A DNA stretch of 60,629 bases from Octopus bimaculoides (Eukaryota). The translations under genes were made by a program, and so were the position numbers. Positions within the stretch are counted from its first letter, which is position 1; every line of letters begins with the position of its first letter. The stretch is from positions 75,329,538 through 75,390,166 of the forward strand of contig NC_068986.1 in NCBI RefSeq assembly GCF_001194135.2. Reading direction: 5' to 3'. Positions 12,117 to 22,960 of the stretch are shown one piece after another. The notes under the pieces were generated by a model. The model was given only the letters and a program-made list of their open reading frames with translations. It ran no database searches and was not told the origin of the DNA.

Positions 12117-12299
12117 TGAGTATATGCATATATATGTACATGTATGTACATACCTTCATCTACATGTACATATAGATACATAACTGGGTACATGACGTGG
12201 CAAAAGAACATGGACAAAATGATAAACAAGGTACAACAAACAAGCAAGCCACATAGAAACATCTCCTTCATCAGCTGCCACCATTAAAACACTGGCGTT
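12117..12299 (-). repeat. Unclassified interspersed repeat, possibly Penelope-like; permuted partner at 55355-55613
   Basis: Shares aaacgcc..tttaatggtggcagctgatgaaggagatgtttctatgtggcttgcttg and atgtacatacatgtacatatatatgcatatactcat with the 55.4-kb copy. Confidence 0.7.
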
Positions 12300-12301
12300 T
12301 A

Positions 12302-12478
12302 TGTATATATACGACATGCTTCTTTGAATATCTGCCTACCAAATCCATTCACAAGGCTTTGGTCAGCCCGAGGCTATAGTAGAAGACACTTACCCAAGGC
12401 ACCACGCAGTGGGACTGAACTCGGAACCATGTGGTTGGGAAGCAAACTTCTAACTACCGCACAACCACGCCTGCGCCT
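12302..12478 (-). mobile_element. SINE family C left arm, fused downstream of a 5S-like head
   Basis: Reverse complement reads ggcgcagg...aaccacatggttccgagttcagtcccactgcgtggtgccttggg... Confidence 0.9.
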
Positions 12479-12488
12479 GTAATGTGAG

Positions 12489-12577
12489 ATGCTTACAGCA
12501 CCAAGGTTTCCCAAGCGATCAGCCATCTAATTAGTAACTAGGCTCGATGTTGCTTAATCTCGGTGATCAGATGAGAG
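12489..12577 (-). pseudogene. 5S rRNA-derived sequence, 5'-truncated
   Basis: Reverse complement ctcatctgatcaccgagattaagcaacatcgagcc...gcttgggaaaccttggtgctgtaagcat follows the 5S A-box/C-box/3' end pattern. Confidence 0.85.
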
Positions 12578-12646
12578 GTACCACGTAGCTCTGAGCCCGG
12601 AACCATAAGGCTGGGAAGCAATCTTCTTACCACACAGTTACGCCTT

Positions 12647-12681
<35 letters not shown>

Positions 12682-12689
12682 TTTTGCTT

Positions 12690-12912
12690 GTACTATAAGC
12701 ACAAGACTTGAAATTTGGTGGATGGGATTAGTCCATTACCTCGGCCTTAATGATAAACTAGTTCTTAGTTTATCGACCTCTTAATTTATCGAACCCGAAA
12801 GGATGAAAGATAAAGTCGACCTCGGCTGAATTTGAACTTAGAACGTAGCGGCAGACGAAACGACGGTAGGCATTTCGCCCGGCGTGCTAACGATTCTGCC
12901 AGCTCGCTGACT
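12690..12912 (-). mobile_element. SINE family A
   Basis: Core and head match. Confidence 0.9.
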
Positions 12913-12938
12913 TAATAATAATAATAATACTAATAATA

Positions 12939-13010
<72 letters not shown>

Positions 13011-13011
13011 C

Positions 13012-13244
13012 CTTTTGAGCGGGATGGGCTACCCGACCTTCTAACTGGGCCCCACTTGCGAGGTCATGCGCTGTTTATCTTGATATGAGAACACCATGTC
13101 GCGCACATATGGTTGTGATGCATGTGCTTGGTGTACCCTTATCAGACGAGTAGTCATGATGGGTATAATGGTCTTCGTATATTTTACTCCAGTGTCACTT
13201 TGATGGCATGCACTGCTCTCTCACTCAATAATAATAATAATAAT
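13012..13244 (+). mobile_element. ~220-bp (AAT)n-tailed retroposed repeat, probably an RLE-LINE 3' UTR derivative
   Basis: High similarity to 42507-42730 (-); both end ctctctcactc(aat)n. The LINE link is inferred from the tail type. Confidence 0.75.
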
Positions 13245-14152
13245 TTCATTTATTGGCTACCGGGCCCGACGATACAGTGGACGGGGACAGTGGGGGTTTT
13301 ACGCAAAACAACGAGTAAACAATTAGGAAAACAATTACATTAAACATTGGACAAGAAGAATATAACAATGAAAATTCCCCAGTAGAGGGGGATAACCACC
13401 CAGAGTTGACTAATGTACCCCACCACGACATTTCGAGGGTACTCGGGACGGGTAACCCTCTCCTCAAATTCACCAGCCTACAGACGCATTATTAGTGTAG
13501 GTCCACTCACACGGGCCATTTTCGCTACATTTACCCACCTTTCAGCAAATATACTGGGGAGGCATCACTTCTCTCTTCACCCTCATCTTCCTTTACAAGT
13601 GAAATTTTAAAAAGTTGATGAAGGATTGGCCAAAGAGAAAAGTATCTGTCTTCAGTCCTTTCAACTTGGTCCACCATATGACCTCTTTCGCTACTGTCAC
13701 CAGAAAGAGGAAAATTGTCTGCCCTTCCTGGCCAAAGGAATCGACTGATAGCCGAATCCGTCCTACACGCGACAACAGCGTTCGACATATCTCCACAAGT
13801 CAGTAATGCACGGACGCTGGACGAGTGCGTGCAGTATGGTTTCGTCGCTCTGTGCGCATCTCGGGCGGGTCCGCCTGACAGCATTTCCGTGCCTGTAGAG
13901 TTTATCACTAACCGGCATTACCCCCGGTAGCATTGTATTTGATTAAACACCCACCGAACTTATTCTGTGGGCCGAATATAGCCCTTGGAGGAGCCAAAAA
14001 AACGCAGAAAACCAGTGACAGGTTACTAGTGTTTCTATTAACAACTTGGAACAAAGTGAATAATGAAAAACAGCACCAAACTAGTTTAAATAAATGTTTT
14101 AATCTGAACCCACCTGGAGAGTTCGAAAACACGTCCGATGTACTCCGCAGCG
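13245..14152 (-). mobile_element. 5'-truncated Tx1/L1-clade LINE fossil inserted in (AAT)n
   Basis: Minus-strand translation across frameshifts: MPVSDKLYRHGNAVRRTRPRCAQSDETILHALVQ (decayed CCHC), LLSRVGRIRLS, FLVTVAKEVIWWTKLKGLK. AATAAA at the 3' end; (AAT)n on both flanks. Confidence 0.82.
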
Positions 14153-14416
14153 AATAATAATAATAATAATAATAATAAAGGCACAAGGCGATAGTTTGAA
14201 GGAAGGCCTTTGTCCAGTGTTTCTCATAGGCGGGAGACTGTAAAAATTTCAAATGCCAGGTTTAATAAAATCAAGATGATTATTTTTTTTTTTTTTTTTT
14301 TAACAAGCGCAATACCAAGGTAAAAAAAAGAATTATATGGATAAGGACTTAAAATGTCTTCTCATTAATAAAGAGATGGGTGTGCAATATAGGTCGCTAA
14401 TATTTTGGGGGAGTAT

Positions 14417-14585
14417 GCCGGTGAACTGGCAGAATCGTTAGCACGCCAGGCAAAATTCATAGCAGCATTTCATCTATCTTTACGGCCTCAGTTCAAATTT
14501 CGCCATCAACAACTTTGCCGTTCATCCTTTCGGGGTTGATAAGATAAGTACCTGTTCATCACTGGGATCGATGTAATCGACTTAC
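14417..14585 (+). mobile_element. SINE family A (runs into gap)
   Basis: Head and core match. Confidence 0.88.
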
Positions 14586-15272
14586 NNNNNNNNNNNNNNN
14601 NNNNNNNNNNNNNNNNNNNNNNNNNNNNNNNNNNNNNNNNNNNNNNNNNNNNNNNNNNNNNNNNNNNNNNNNNNNNNNNNNNNNNNNNNNNNNNNNNNNN
14701 NNNNNNNNNNNNNNNNNNNNNNNNNNNNNNNNNNNNNNNNNNNNNNNNNNNNNNNNNNNNNNNNNNNNNNNNNNNNNNNNNNNNNNNNNNNNNNNNNNNN
14801 NNNNNNNNNNNNNNNNNNNNNNNNNNNNNNNNNNNNNNNNNNNNNNNNNNNNNNNNNNNNNNNNNNNNNNNNNNNNNNNNNNNNNNNNNNNNNNNNNNNN
14901 NNNNNNNNNNNNNNNNNNNNNNNNNNNNNNNNNNNNNNNNNNNNNNNNNNNNNNNNNNNNNNNNNNNNNNNNNNNNNNNNNNNNNNNNNNNNNNNNNNNN
15001 NNNNNNNNNNNNNNNNNNNNNNNNNNNNNNNNNNNNNNNNNNNNNNNNNNNNNNNNNNNNNNNNNNNNNNNNNNNNNNNNNNNNNNNNNNNNNNNNNNNN
15101 NNNNNNNNNNNNNNNNNNNNNNNNNNNNNNNNNNNNNNNNNNNNNNNNNNNNNNNNNNNNNNNNNNNNNNNNNNNNNNNNNNNNNNNNNNNNNNNNNNNN
15201 NNNNNNNNNNNNNNNNNNNNNNNNNNNNNNNNNNNNNNNNNNNNNNNNNNNNNNNNNNNNNNNNNNNNNNNN

Positions 15273-15640
15273 GTCGCTTACGACGACGAGGGTTCCAGTT
15301 GATCCGATCAACGGGACAGCCTGCTCGTGAAATTAACGTGCAAGTGATTGAGCTCTCCACAGACACGTGTACCCTTAACGTAGTTCTCGGGGATATTGAG
15401 CGTGACACAGTGTGACAAGGCTGGCCCTTTGAATTACAGGCACAACAGAAACAAGAAGTAAGAGTGAGAGAAAGTTGTGGTGGAAGAGTACAGCAAGGTT
15501 CGCCACCATCCCCTGCCGGAGCCTCGTGGAGCTTTTGGTGTTTTCGCTCAATAAACACTCACAATGCCCGGTCCGGGAATCGAAGCCGTGATCCTATGAC
15601 CGCAAGTCTGCTGTCCTAACCACTGGGCCATTGCGCCTCT
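15273..15640 (-). mobile_element. SINE family B, near full length
   Basis: Reverse complement of 16985-17350; tRNA-like head gaggcgcaatggcccagtggttagg. Confidence 0.93.
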
Positions 15641-16984
15641 ACAACAATAACGACTACTCTGAGTTTAAATCTCAACTAATTCGATTTTGACTTTTATCCT
15701 TCGAGGGCCGATAAATTACATCGACTTTGGAAGGAGGTAAATGAGAAAGTGGAACAGATTGGTGTAGTTAAGGGTGCAATTACAGAAAGTAGATGTTTCA
15801 GAAGATGACGTGTTGATAAAAAAACGGCGACGGTAACAGCAACAACAACAGGTGCAATACCATTCATGATGAAACAATGACGAATATAATAATTACTAAA
15901 GCAACGATTACAGCAATATAACTAAGAACAGCAACACCGCCATCACCACAACTAACAACAACAACCATGACAACAACAGGACCAACGACGAAGACGATGG
16001 CAGCTATAGCAAGAACAAGAACAATATCAGTGAAACGAACTGACATCAGTGTCTCTCATTTGATCATCTGATTTGTTTGAAATCACAGCTAAATCCTTTT
16101 CAAACCACCTCAATAATCATTTTACAAAAAAAAAAAGAAAAAGAAAAGAAAAGAAAAGAAAAACAGAAGAAAAAAAAACAGAAAAAAAACAAGAAAAAAA
16201 AAACAGAAAGAAAAAAAAACAGAAAAAAAAAGAGAAAAAGAAAAGGACATGTTCAAGTAAGAGGGAAATGTTACGGTCGGACCGTCTTTAGTTATAAGTC
16301 TCTTCTCTGAAGGTGTCTTGTTACTTAACAACAAGGAAAAACAACTCTCGACTGAAGTATGGTATGATGGGAATTCTTGGAAGGGGAAAAATTGAAGAGA
16401 TTTCCAATAAAATTTTGTACATATGTACTAGGTCAAAAGGTCAAAAGGTTATAATGTCACAGGGTCAACCACACTACAGGAATGAAGTAGTCGATTGTTG
16501 AAAGATATGTAGCTCAGATCAGTGGTTCTTTCGTTTCTTTTGTTCTTTTTTTTTTCGCATTGTCCCACCCCATAGCGCCACCTAAATGGTGAGGGAGGTA
16601 TCACTACTAAACTAACTTAACACAGATGATAGTTTATAAATTTTGCTCTAAAAATGGATTGTATAAGCTTTTAACAGTGAAATGAGATTGCATCGGTAAC
16701 CAGCTAGCAGAGGCTTCTTCCTGGAGTTAGAAACAGTAGTTAACGTCGGTTCCTACAGAACAGCCATCTTGAAGTAGTGACAATCATTACTGCTCAGTAT
16801 AGTTACTACTTTCATCTCTTATAGAGATTTCCTAACTAATTTGCATGTAAATAAAAAAATCAATAAAGACAAAAGGTGCAAATTTACTTTATACATTGCA
16901 ATTTAATGATATCCCATTGGCTTATAAGAATTCATTTTAGTTTAATAACCATTACTAGTTTTATCATGTATAATATAATTACTG

Positions 16985-17350
16985 GAGGAGGTGCAATGGC
17001 CCAGTGGTTAGGGCAGCGGCCTCGCGGTCATAGGATCGCGGTTTCGATTCCCAGACCGGGCGTTGTGAGTGTTTATTGAGCGATAACACCTAAAGCACCA
17101 TGAGGCTCCGGCGGGGGATGGTGGCGAACCCTGCTGTACTCTTTCACCACAACTTTCTCTCGCTCTTTCTTCCTATTTCTGTTGTGCCTTGTCACACTCT
17201 GTGTCACGCTGAATATCCCCGAGAACTACGTTAAGGGTACACGTGTCTGTGGAGTGCTCAGCCACTTGCACGTTAATTTCACGAGCAGGCTGTTCTGTTG
17301 ATCGGATCAACTGGAACCCTCGACGTCGTAAGCGACGGAGTGCCAACAAT
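16985..17350 (+). mobile_element. SINE family B, full length
   Basis: A box tggcccagtgg, B box ggtttcgattcc, 3' end gtcgtaagcgacggagtgccaacaa. Confidence 0.93.
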
Positions 17351-17371
17351 AAATATAATTACTACTATAGA

Positions 17372-17520
17372 TGAAGGCACGTGACTCAATGGTTAGAGCG
17401 TCGAGCTCACAATCATGAGGTAGTGAGTTCGATTACCGTCCCGGGCTATGTGTTGTATTGTGTTCTTGATCAAGAAACTTTGTTTCACGTTGCTCCAATT
17501 CACTCAGCTGTAGAAATGAG
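17372..17520 (+). mobile_element. SINE B-related variant, head and 5' body
   Basis: tRNA-like head tgactcaatggttagagcg...gagttcgattacc; matches 43608 and 38634. Confidence 0.8.
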
Positions 17521-17914
17521 GGATCTAGTTGAACTGATTCATAAAATCAGCCCCACTTTAATTTTACTCAGAATGCTTTTAATTTTGGTGTATCGATGCA
17601 ACTCTGAATTTTGACTACGCTCAACCAATTACTTTATTTAGTAAATTAAAGAATCTGATGTTATTTGAAATTGAAGTTGGGAAATTTGGGTAATTTTAGC
17701 CAATCAACAGCCAGCGAGGCATTAACAGCTTGTTGCTATGAAAACCGCATGTTGTGTTGTGCTTTACTTCACCCGCACGTTGTGTTGTGTTGATTGTTCA
17801 CACCACGAGATTTACTTCACCCGTGTATTTTGTTTTATTAAAAATTTGCATTTATCAATTATTGTAGATATTTGTCGTCAATTGTCTTAATATGTTACAT
17901 ATTTTTCATGTATA

Positions 17915-18098
17915 GGCGCAAGAGTGGCTAGGTGGTAAATAGCTTGCTTACCAACCACATGGTTCCGGGTTCAGTACAACTCCGTGACACCTTGAGCAAA
18001 TGTCTTCTGCTATAGCCTCGGGCCGACCAAAGCATTTTGAGTGGATTTGGTAGACGGAAACTGAAAGAAGCCCGTCGTATATATGTATATATATTATA

Positions 18099-18129
<31 letters not shown>

Positions 18130-18345
18130 ACTTGTGTGTCTGTGTTTGTCCCCCCAACATCGCTTGACAACCGATGCTGGTGTGTTTACGTCCCCGTAAC
18201 CTAGCGGTTCGGCAAAAGGAGACCGATAGAATGAGTACTAGGCTTCCAAAGAATAAGTCCTGGGGTCGATTTGCTCGACTAAAGGCGGTGCTCCAGCATG
18301 GCCGCAGTCAAATGACTGAAACAAGTAAAAGAGTAAAAGAGAGTA
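17915..18345 (+). mobile_element. SINE family C, full length with internal (TA)n(TG)n
   Basis: ggcgcaagagtggc head, ggatttggtagacggaaactgaaagaagcccgtcg core, gaaacaagtaaaagagtaaaagag tail. Confidence 0.93.
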
Positions 18346-18702
18346 AAAGAATATGTACTTATATGTTACTGATGTACACAAATACATGACAGGTATACAT
18401 AATACTGCAATACGCATAAAGTAAACACATGCAGAAAAATATATTAGTATAACAGATTTTAAAAAATAATAAAAATATACAAAACACTAGAAATCAATGA
18501 AGAGACAAAAGAAACAGTAAAACGATACGTGTTGATTTTATTAGGTATTTATGTTTATTTAGAAACCTACAAAGAACAGGTCATTTCACAGACGCTAACC
18601 TATAAATTTCACAACCTTAAAGTTGACACCACTAAACGCAGAAAATTTCTGTCTCGCTATTGGCTAAAAATACACAGTTTTTTCGATTTTTAAACCTATA
18701 CT

Positions 18703-19000
18703 CTTTTACTCTTTTACTCGTTGAGCAAATCTACCCCAGGACTTATTCTTTGGAAGCCTAGTACTTATTCTATCGGTCTCTTTTGCCGAACCGCTAAGTT
18801 ACAGGGATGTAAACACACCAGCATCGGTTGTCAAGCGATGTTGTGGGGACAAACACAGACACACAAACATACACACACACACATATATTTTCAGTTTCCG
18901 TCTACCAAATCCACTCACAAAGCTTTGGTCGGCCCGAGACCATAGTAGAAGACGCCTGCCCAAGGCGCCACGCAGTGGGACTGAACCCTGAACCATGTAA
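18703..19000 (-). mobile_element. SINE family C, truncated
   Basis: Reverse complement of the 17915 copy. Confidence 0.9.
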
Positions 19001-19096
19001 TATTTTCCTCTAATTTTTTCTCTACAACATTTCCTTCATAGCAATAAGAGTGGACGATTTTCAGATTTTTTACTTCCTTTTAAAAAAATGCAGATT

Positions 19097-19318
19097 TTGT
19101 GAATCAGCTGAAGTAGATCCGAAATTAGTTGCGATGTTGCCAGTGACAAGCTGTACCAGCCTTTGCCTTTCCTTTGGATAACATCGGTAACACGGAGAGG
19201 GGAGGCTGGTATGCATGGGTGACTGCTGGTCTTCCATAAAACCAACCTTGCCCGGAGGGAAACTTTCTAGGTGGAATCCCATGGTCATTCATGACCGAAG
19301 GAGGGATCTTTACCCTTA
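19097..19318 (+). mobile_element. 3' part of a B-related SINE with alternative tail
   Basis: Matches 43735-43955. Confidence 0.8.
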
Positions 19319-19804
19319 CAATAGGTAAAATTTAGTATGTTAATTGTTATCTCACCGCGACCTCTAACCTCCCCCTAAAGTCAAACACTCACAACACTCA
19401 CGGGTACCGCCCTTGTTGAGAACCTGAGGCTTAAATGAACTCGAATGAATTTGAATTTGAACCCAAACATAAAGCAACATAACTAAATAACGCTTGCATT
19501 TAATTTACTTCTCTACCAATTCTGCCAAGCCTCTGGCCACGTGTCCCAAATATAATGAATTTATGTTTTTATTTGGTTAGTGTTGGGTAAAACGGACCAG
19601 CCCACAACCTTGTCAGTCCTTCCGAAATAGATGAGATCAACGTGGTTAACAGTCCTCTGGAATATTTGCTACGCAACGACCGCCAAAAACGCATGGACAG
19701 GAGTTTCCAGGAGAACGATGTTCCGAGAAAGAATGGATGTTTGTAAAGGTTAATGGTGCCGGATAGGATATGAGAAAGAAGATGAGAGTTTAATAAATCA
19801 GAAG

Positions 19805-20448
19805 TCTCTCTAATGACTTCTGTTCTTCAGGACAGGCTGGTCTTGTGCCACTTTCATTCAGGTGCCCAACACAGCCGTCTCCCCTCTTTTCGTGTCCTCC
19901 AAGTCCCTCACTGACCACTATGATGGAAGTAATAAAAGAGAAGAGGTCATTCATTGTAGGAGATGTCGGAAAGGCGGTTTGATATGTCAGCATATTTGTT
20001 GGACAGATGTATGACGTAGTATTTGGTTGTCTGCCTTTGTATTCCGAGTTTAAATCTCAACTAATTCGACTTTTGACTTTTATCCTTCGAGGGTCGATAA
20101 CTTAGATCGACTTTTGAACGAGAGTAGTGAGAAATTGGAACAGGTTGGTATAGTTAAGGGTGCAATAACAGAAGGCAGATGTTTCAGAAGATGAAGTGCC
20201 GAAAAGGCCGGGTTGGAGGGTGGTAGGTGTGGAAGATGCGAATCCGTTGACCAGTAGGGAAAGTTATTAGAAGTACGGTCATCATCGCAATCTAGCCTCA
20301 TGCCAATAGACATGGTGCCTCGTCTCTCTCTCTCTAATGACTTCTATTCCTCAGGACTGGCTAGTCTTGTGCCACTTTCATTCAGGTGCCCAACACAGCC
20401 GTCTCCCCTCTTTTAGTGTCCTCCAAGTCCCTCACTGACCACTGTGAT
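19805..20448. repeat. 120-bp direct repeat pair (19805-19924 and 20329-20448)
   Basis: About 6 mismatches by eye; ~400-bp spacer. Confidence 0.92.
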
Positions 20449-20584
20449 TAGTACATTCTCCTCAGAATGTTGGTTCTTTATATTCCTCTTTCCAAGGCAA
20501 GTTTTCTTTCTTTTTTTTTTTTGTAGCTATCGACTTGCAACTATTCGATCGGTACTTTAACCATATTGATGAAATTCGACTAGG

Positions 20585-21034
20585 AGGTCTTGTGAAGGCT
20601 ATGGATACAGATCCCTTCCTGCACACTAGCGAAGGCCGTGAGTACAAGCTTGTTCTTGCACGCCTGTAAAGGCTGTGAACGCACCCTTCTTCATGCACAC
20701 ACGTGAAGATCATGAGTTCAACCCCCGTCTTGCACACCTGTGAAGGCTGTGAATACATCTTCTTCACAGCAGTGAGAGATTATGAGTACAACCCCTTTCT
20801 TGTACACCTGTGAAGGCTATGATTACAGCCTCTTTCATGCACACCTGAGAAGATTATGAGTACAACAAACACATGTATTGAACACCTGTGAAGGCTGTGA
20901 ATACATATTCCTTTCCGCATATCTGTGAAGAGCATAGAGACAACCTCCTTCCTGCACACCTGTGGATGGTGAACATTACAGGTACAGCCTTCTTCTTGCA
21001 TACCAGTTAAGGCTGTGACTGTAGCCTCCTTTCT
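20585..21034. repeat. Degenerate 37-bp minisatellite, ~12 units
   Basis: tgcacacctgtgaagg-like word recurs at 20620, 20657, 20694, 20731, 20801, 20838, 20916, 20953. Confidence 0.88.
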
Positions 21035-21254
21035 TATTTCTTTATTGCCCACAAGGGGCTAAACATAGAGGGGACAGACAAGGACGGACAAAGGGATTAA
21101 ATCGACTACATCGACCCCAGTGCGTAACTGGTACTTAATTTATCGACTCCGAAAGGATGAAAGGCAAAGTCGACCTCGGCGGAATTTGAACTCAGAACTT
21201 AACGGCAGACGAAATACTGCTAAGCATTTCGCCCGGCATGCTAATGTTTCTGCC
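21035..21254 (-). mobile_element. Young SINE A with 12-bp TSD
   Basis: TSD agcctcctttct at 21023-21034 and 21255-21266. Confidence 0.95.
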
Positions 21255-21876
21255 AGCCTCCTTTCTGCATACCGGTAAAGATCACGGGGGCAACCTGTGA
21301 ACTGTGAAGGTTATCGGTACATTTTTCTTCCTACACACCCGCAAAAGCTATAGTTGCAACCCATTCTCACAGACGAAACCAATAGCGACAAGATTATAAA
21401 ATGGATTGGATGAAGGGAAGAGTATAGCGTCCATATATGCGAGAAGGGAAAATGTGACTCATTTGTTTCAACTTGTAGCAGTCGGACTTCTCCCAGGGCA
21501 TTCGGCGGTGGTGGACACATTGTGATATAGGGATGGCAAGTTCAGCACATGCGTTGGGACGCGGCCCATTAAGGTGAAGCTGGAGTGAGAGTCTGTGAAT
21601 TTATATAGTAAACCAAGTTGGAGAGGTTGGGATGTTGGTTTCGGTAGAGGTTGAAGAGGTTGGGATGCTGGTTTCGTTAGAGACATTAATGTCCAAGAAG
21701 TTGCTGTATTTCACGATGGTAGAAATTATTAACGATGGTGAAAAGTGTGAGTTGCTATCGAGAGAGGTGGAATCGATATAGTCATCGACATAACAGTCGT
21801 TTAGCTCAGAGGTTGTTGACCCAGAAAAACAAATAGGAAGATCATCATGATCATCGGCAGCCACAGTAATAACGGT

Positions 21877-21908
<32 letters not shown>

Positions 21909-22960
21909 CAGCTTTAGTAGTCAGCAGTAGCAGGAAGCAACAGCAACAGCAGGAACATCAATAACTTACAATAGTGATTTATCAAAAGAATTGGTACAAT
22001 CCAACGCAACAGCACAAACATCAACATTAGCAATAGTAACCACAACAACAAAAATAAGCGACAACTACAGAAACAGGCTTCGTCTTCTCCCAAACTACCA
22101 AAGGGAAGAGAAGACGGAGTGGGAGTGAGAGAAAGGAGGAGGAGCAGGTGAAGGAGTGAGAAAGAGAGAGTAGTATAAATAAGTAAAGACGCCTTCAAGA
22201 TAAATTATCTAATGCTATCTGAAATCTCTAGATTTAATCCGGTGTTTATGAATAATTCAGTATATGTAATCTGTATGTATAATCTGATCAACAACATACC
22301 ATTCTACTTTAGTTCTAATGAGTGACAAAAGGTTAGGATGTAGAGACATTCTGGTCGATATTGAAACTATTTGAAATAGCTTTAAAATTCGGTTTTAAAC
22401 AGACTCATTCTGAAATTCACATTTACCGACCATACATAGAAATTATTGTTTTTCAAATGGTAGATCGCTTCTTTGTTCAGCGACATCTGCTCGACGGTCA
22501 GGATAAATAACCATCTATCGAAACCGTTACAACAAAGTACTTCCATCGCGCTTTCACCTATCGATTCTGCGCATTTTGGTTGTTAAGTTATTGCTGCGAA
22601 TGTCAGATACGTTGAAATTCCTTCCGCTTGAACTGGAACAGAAGACGGTCGGTTAATAGCCAATTCGGCGCCAAGAGCAAGCTGGCGATGGATGGCGCCT
22701 TTCAGTGGATCCGATTAAACAGCTTTAGATCTGGTTCGGTCAGGACCTGCAGGTTGATAGGAACTGGGACAAGCTTTTGAGTAAAGTGACTACTTACAAT
22801 AGCAGATTGGCTGATAGAAAGTTTTCATTAGAAAGGCCCCGCAATATAATACAGCCTGTTGTGTCTTGAACCAACACGCATCTGAGCAGACTGAAGCATC
22901 TCTTTCGCTACTTTTGAAATAGGTGAGCTCTTTTGATTATTCCAAAGCAGATGTCTAGAG

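Noticed and set aside
16985-17060. tRNA-like heads of SINE B and C as tRNA genes
   Set aside because: No complete cloverleaf; they continue into repeated SINE bodies.
19340-19430. hAT-like end (gttgagaacc)
   Set aside because: No matching second TIR or TSD found.
19614-19745. Protein-looking frame SEIDEINVVNSPLEYLLRNDRQKRMDRSF
   Set aside because: About 43 codons, no homolog recognised, no partner exons.
20585-21034. Regularly spaced repeats resembling a CRISPR array
   Set aside because: Eukaryotic context, degenerate contiguous units, no unique spacers, no cas genes.
21601-22198. Ala/Ser/Thr-rich and Leu-rich ORFs
   Set aside because: Driven by (GCA)n and low-complexity DNA; non-ATG starts.
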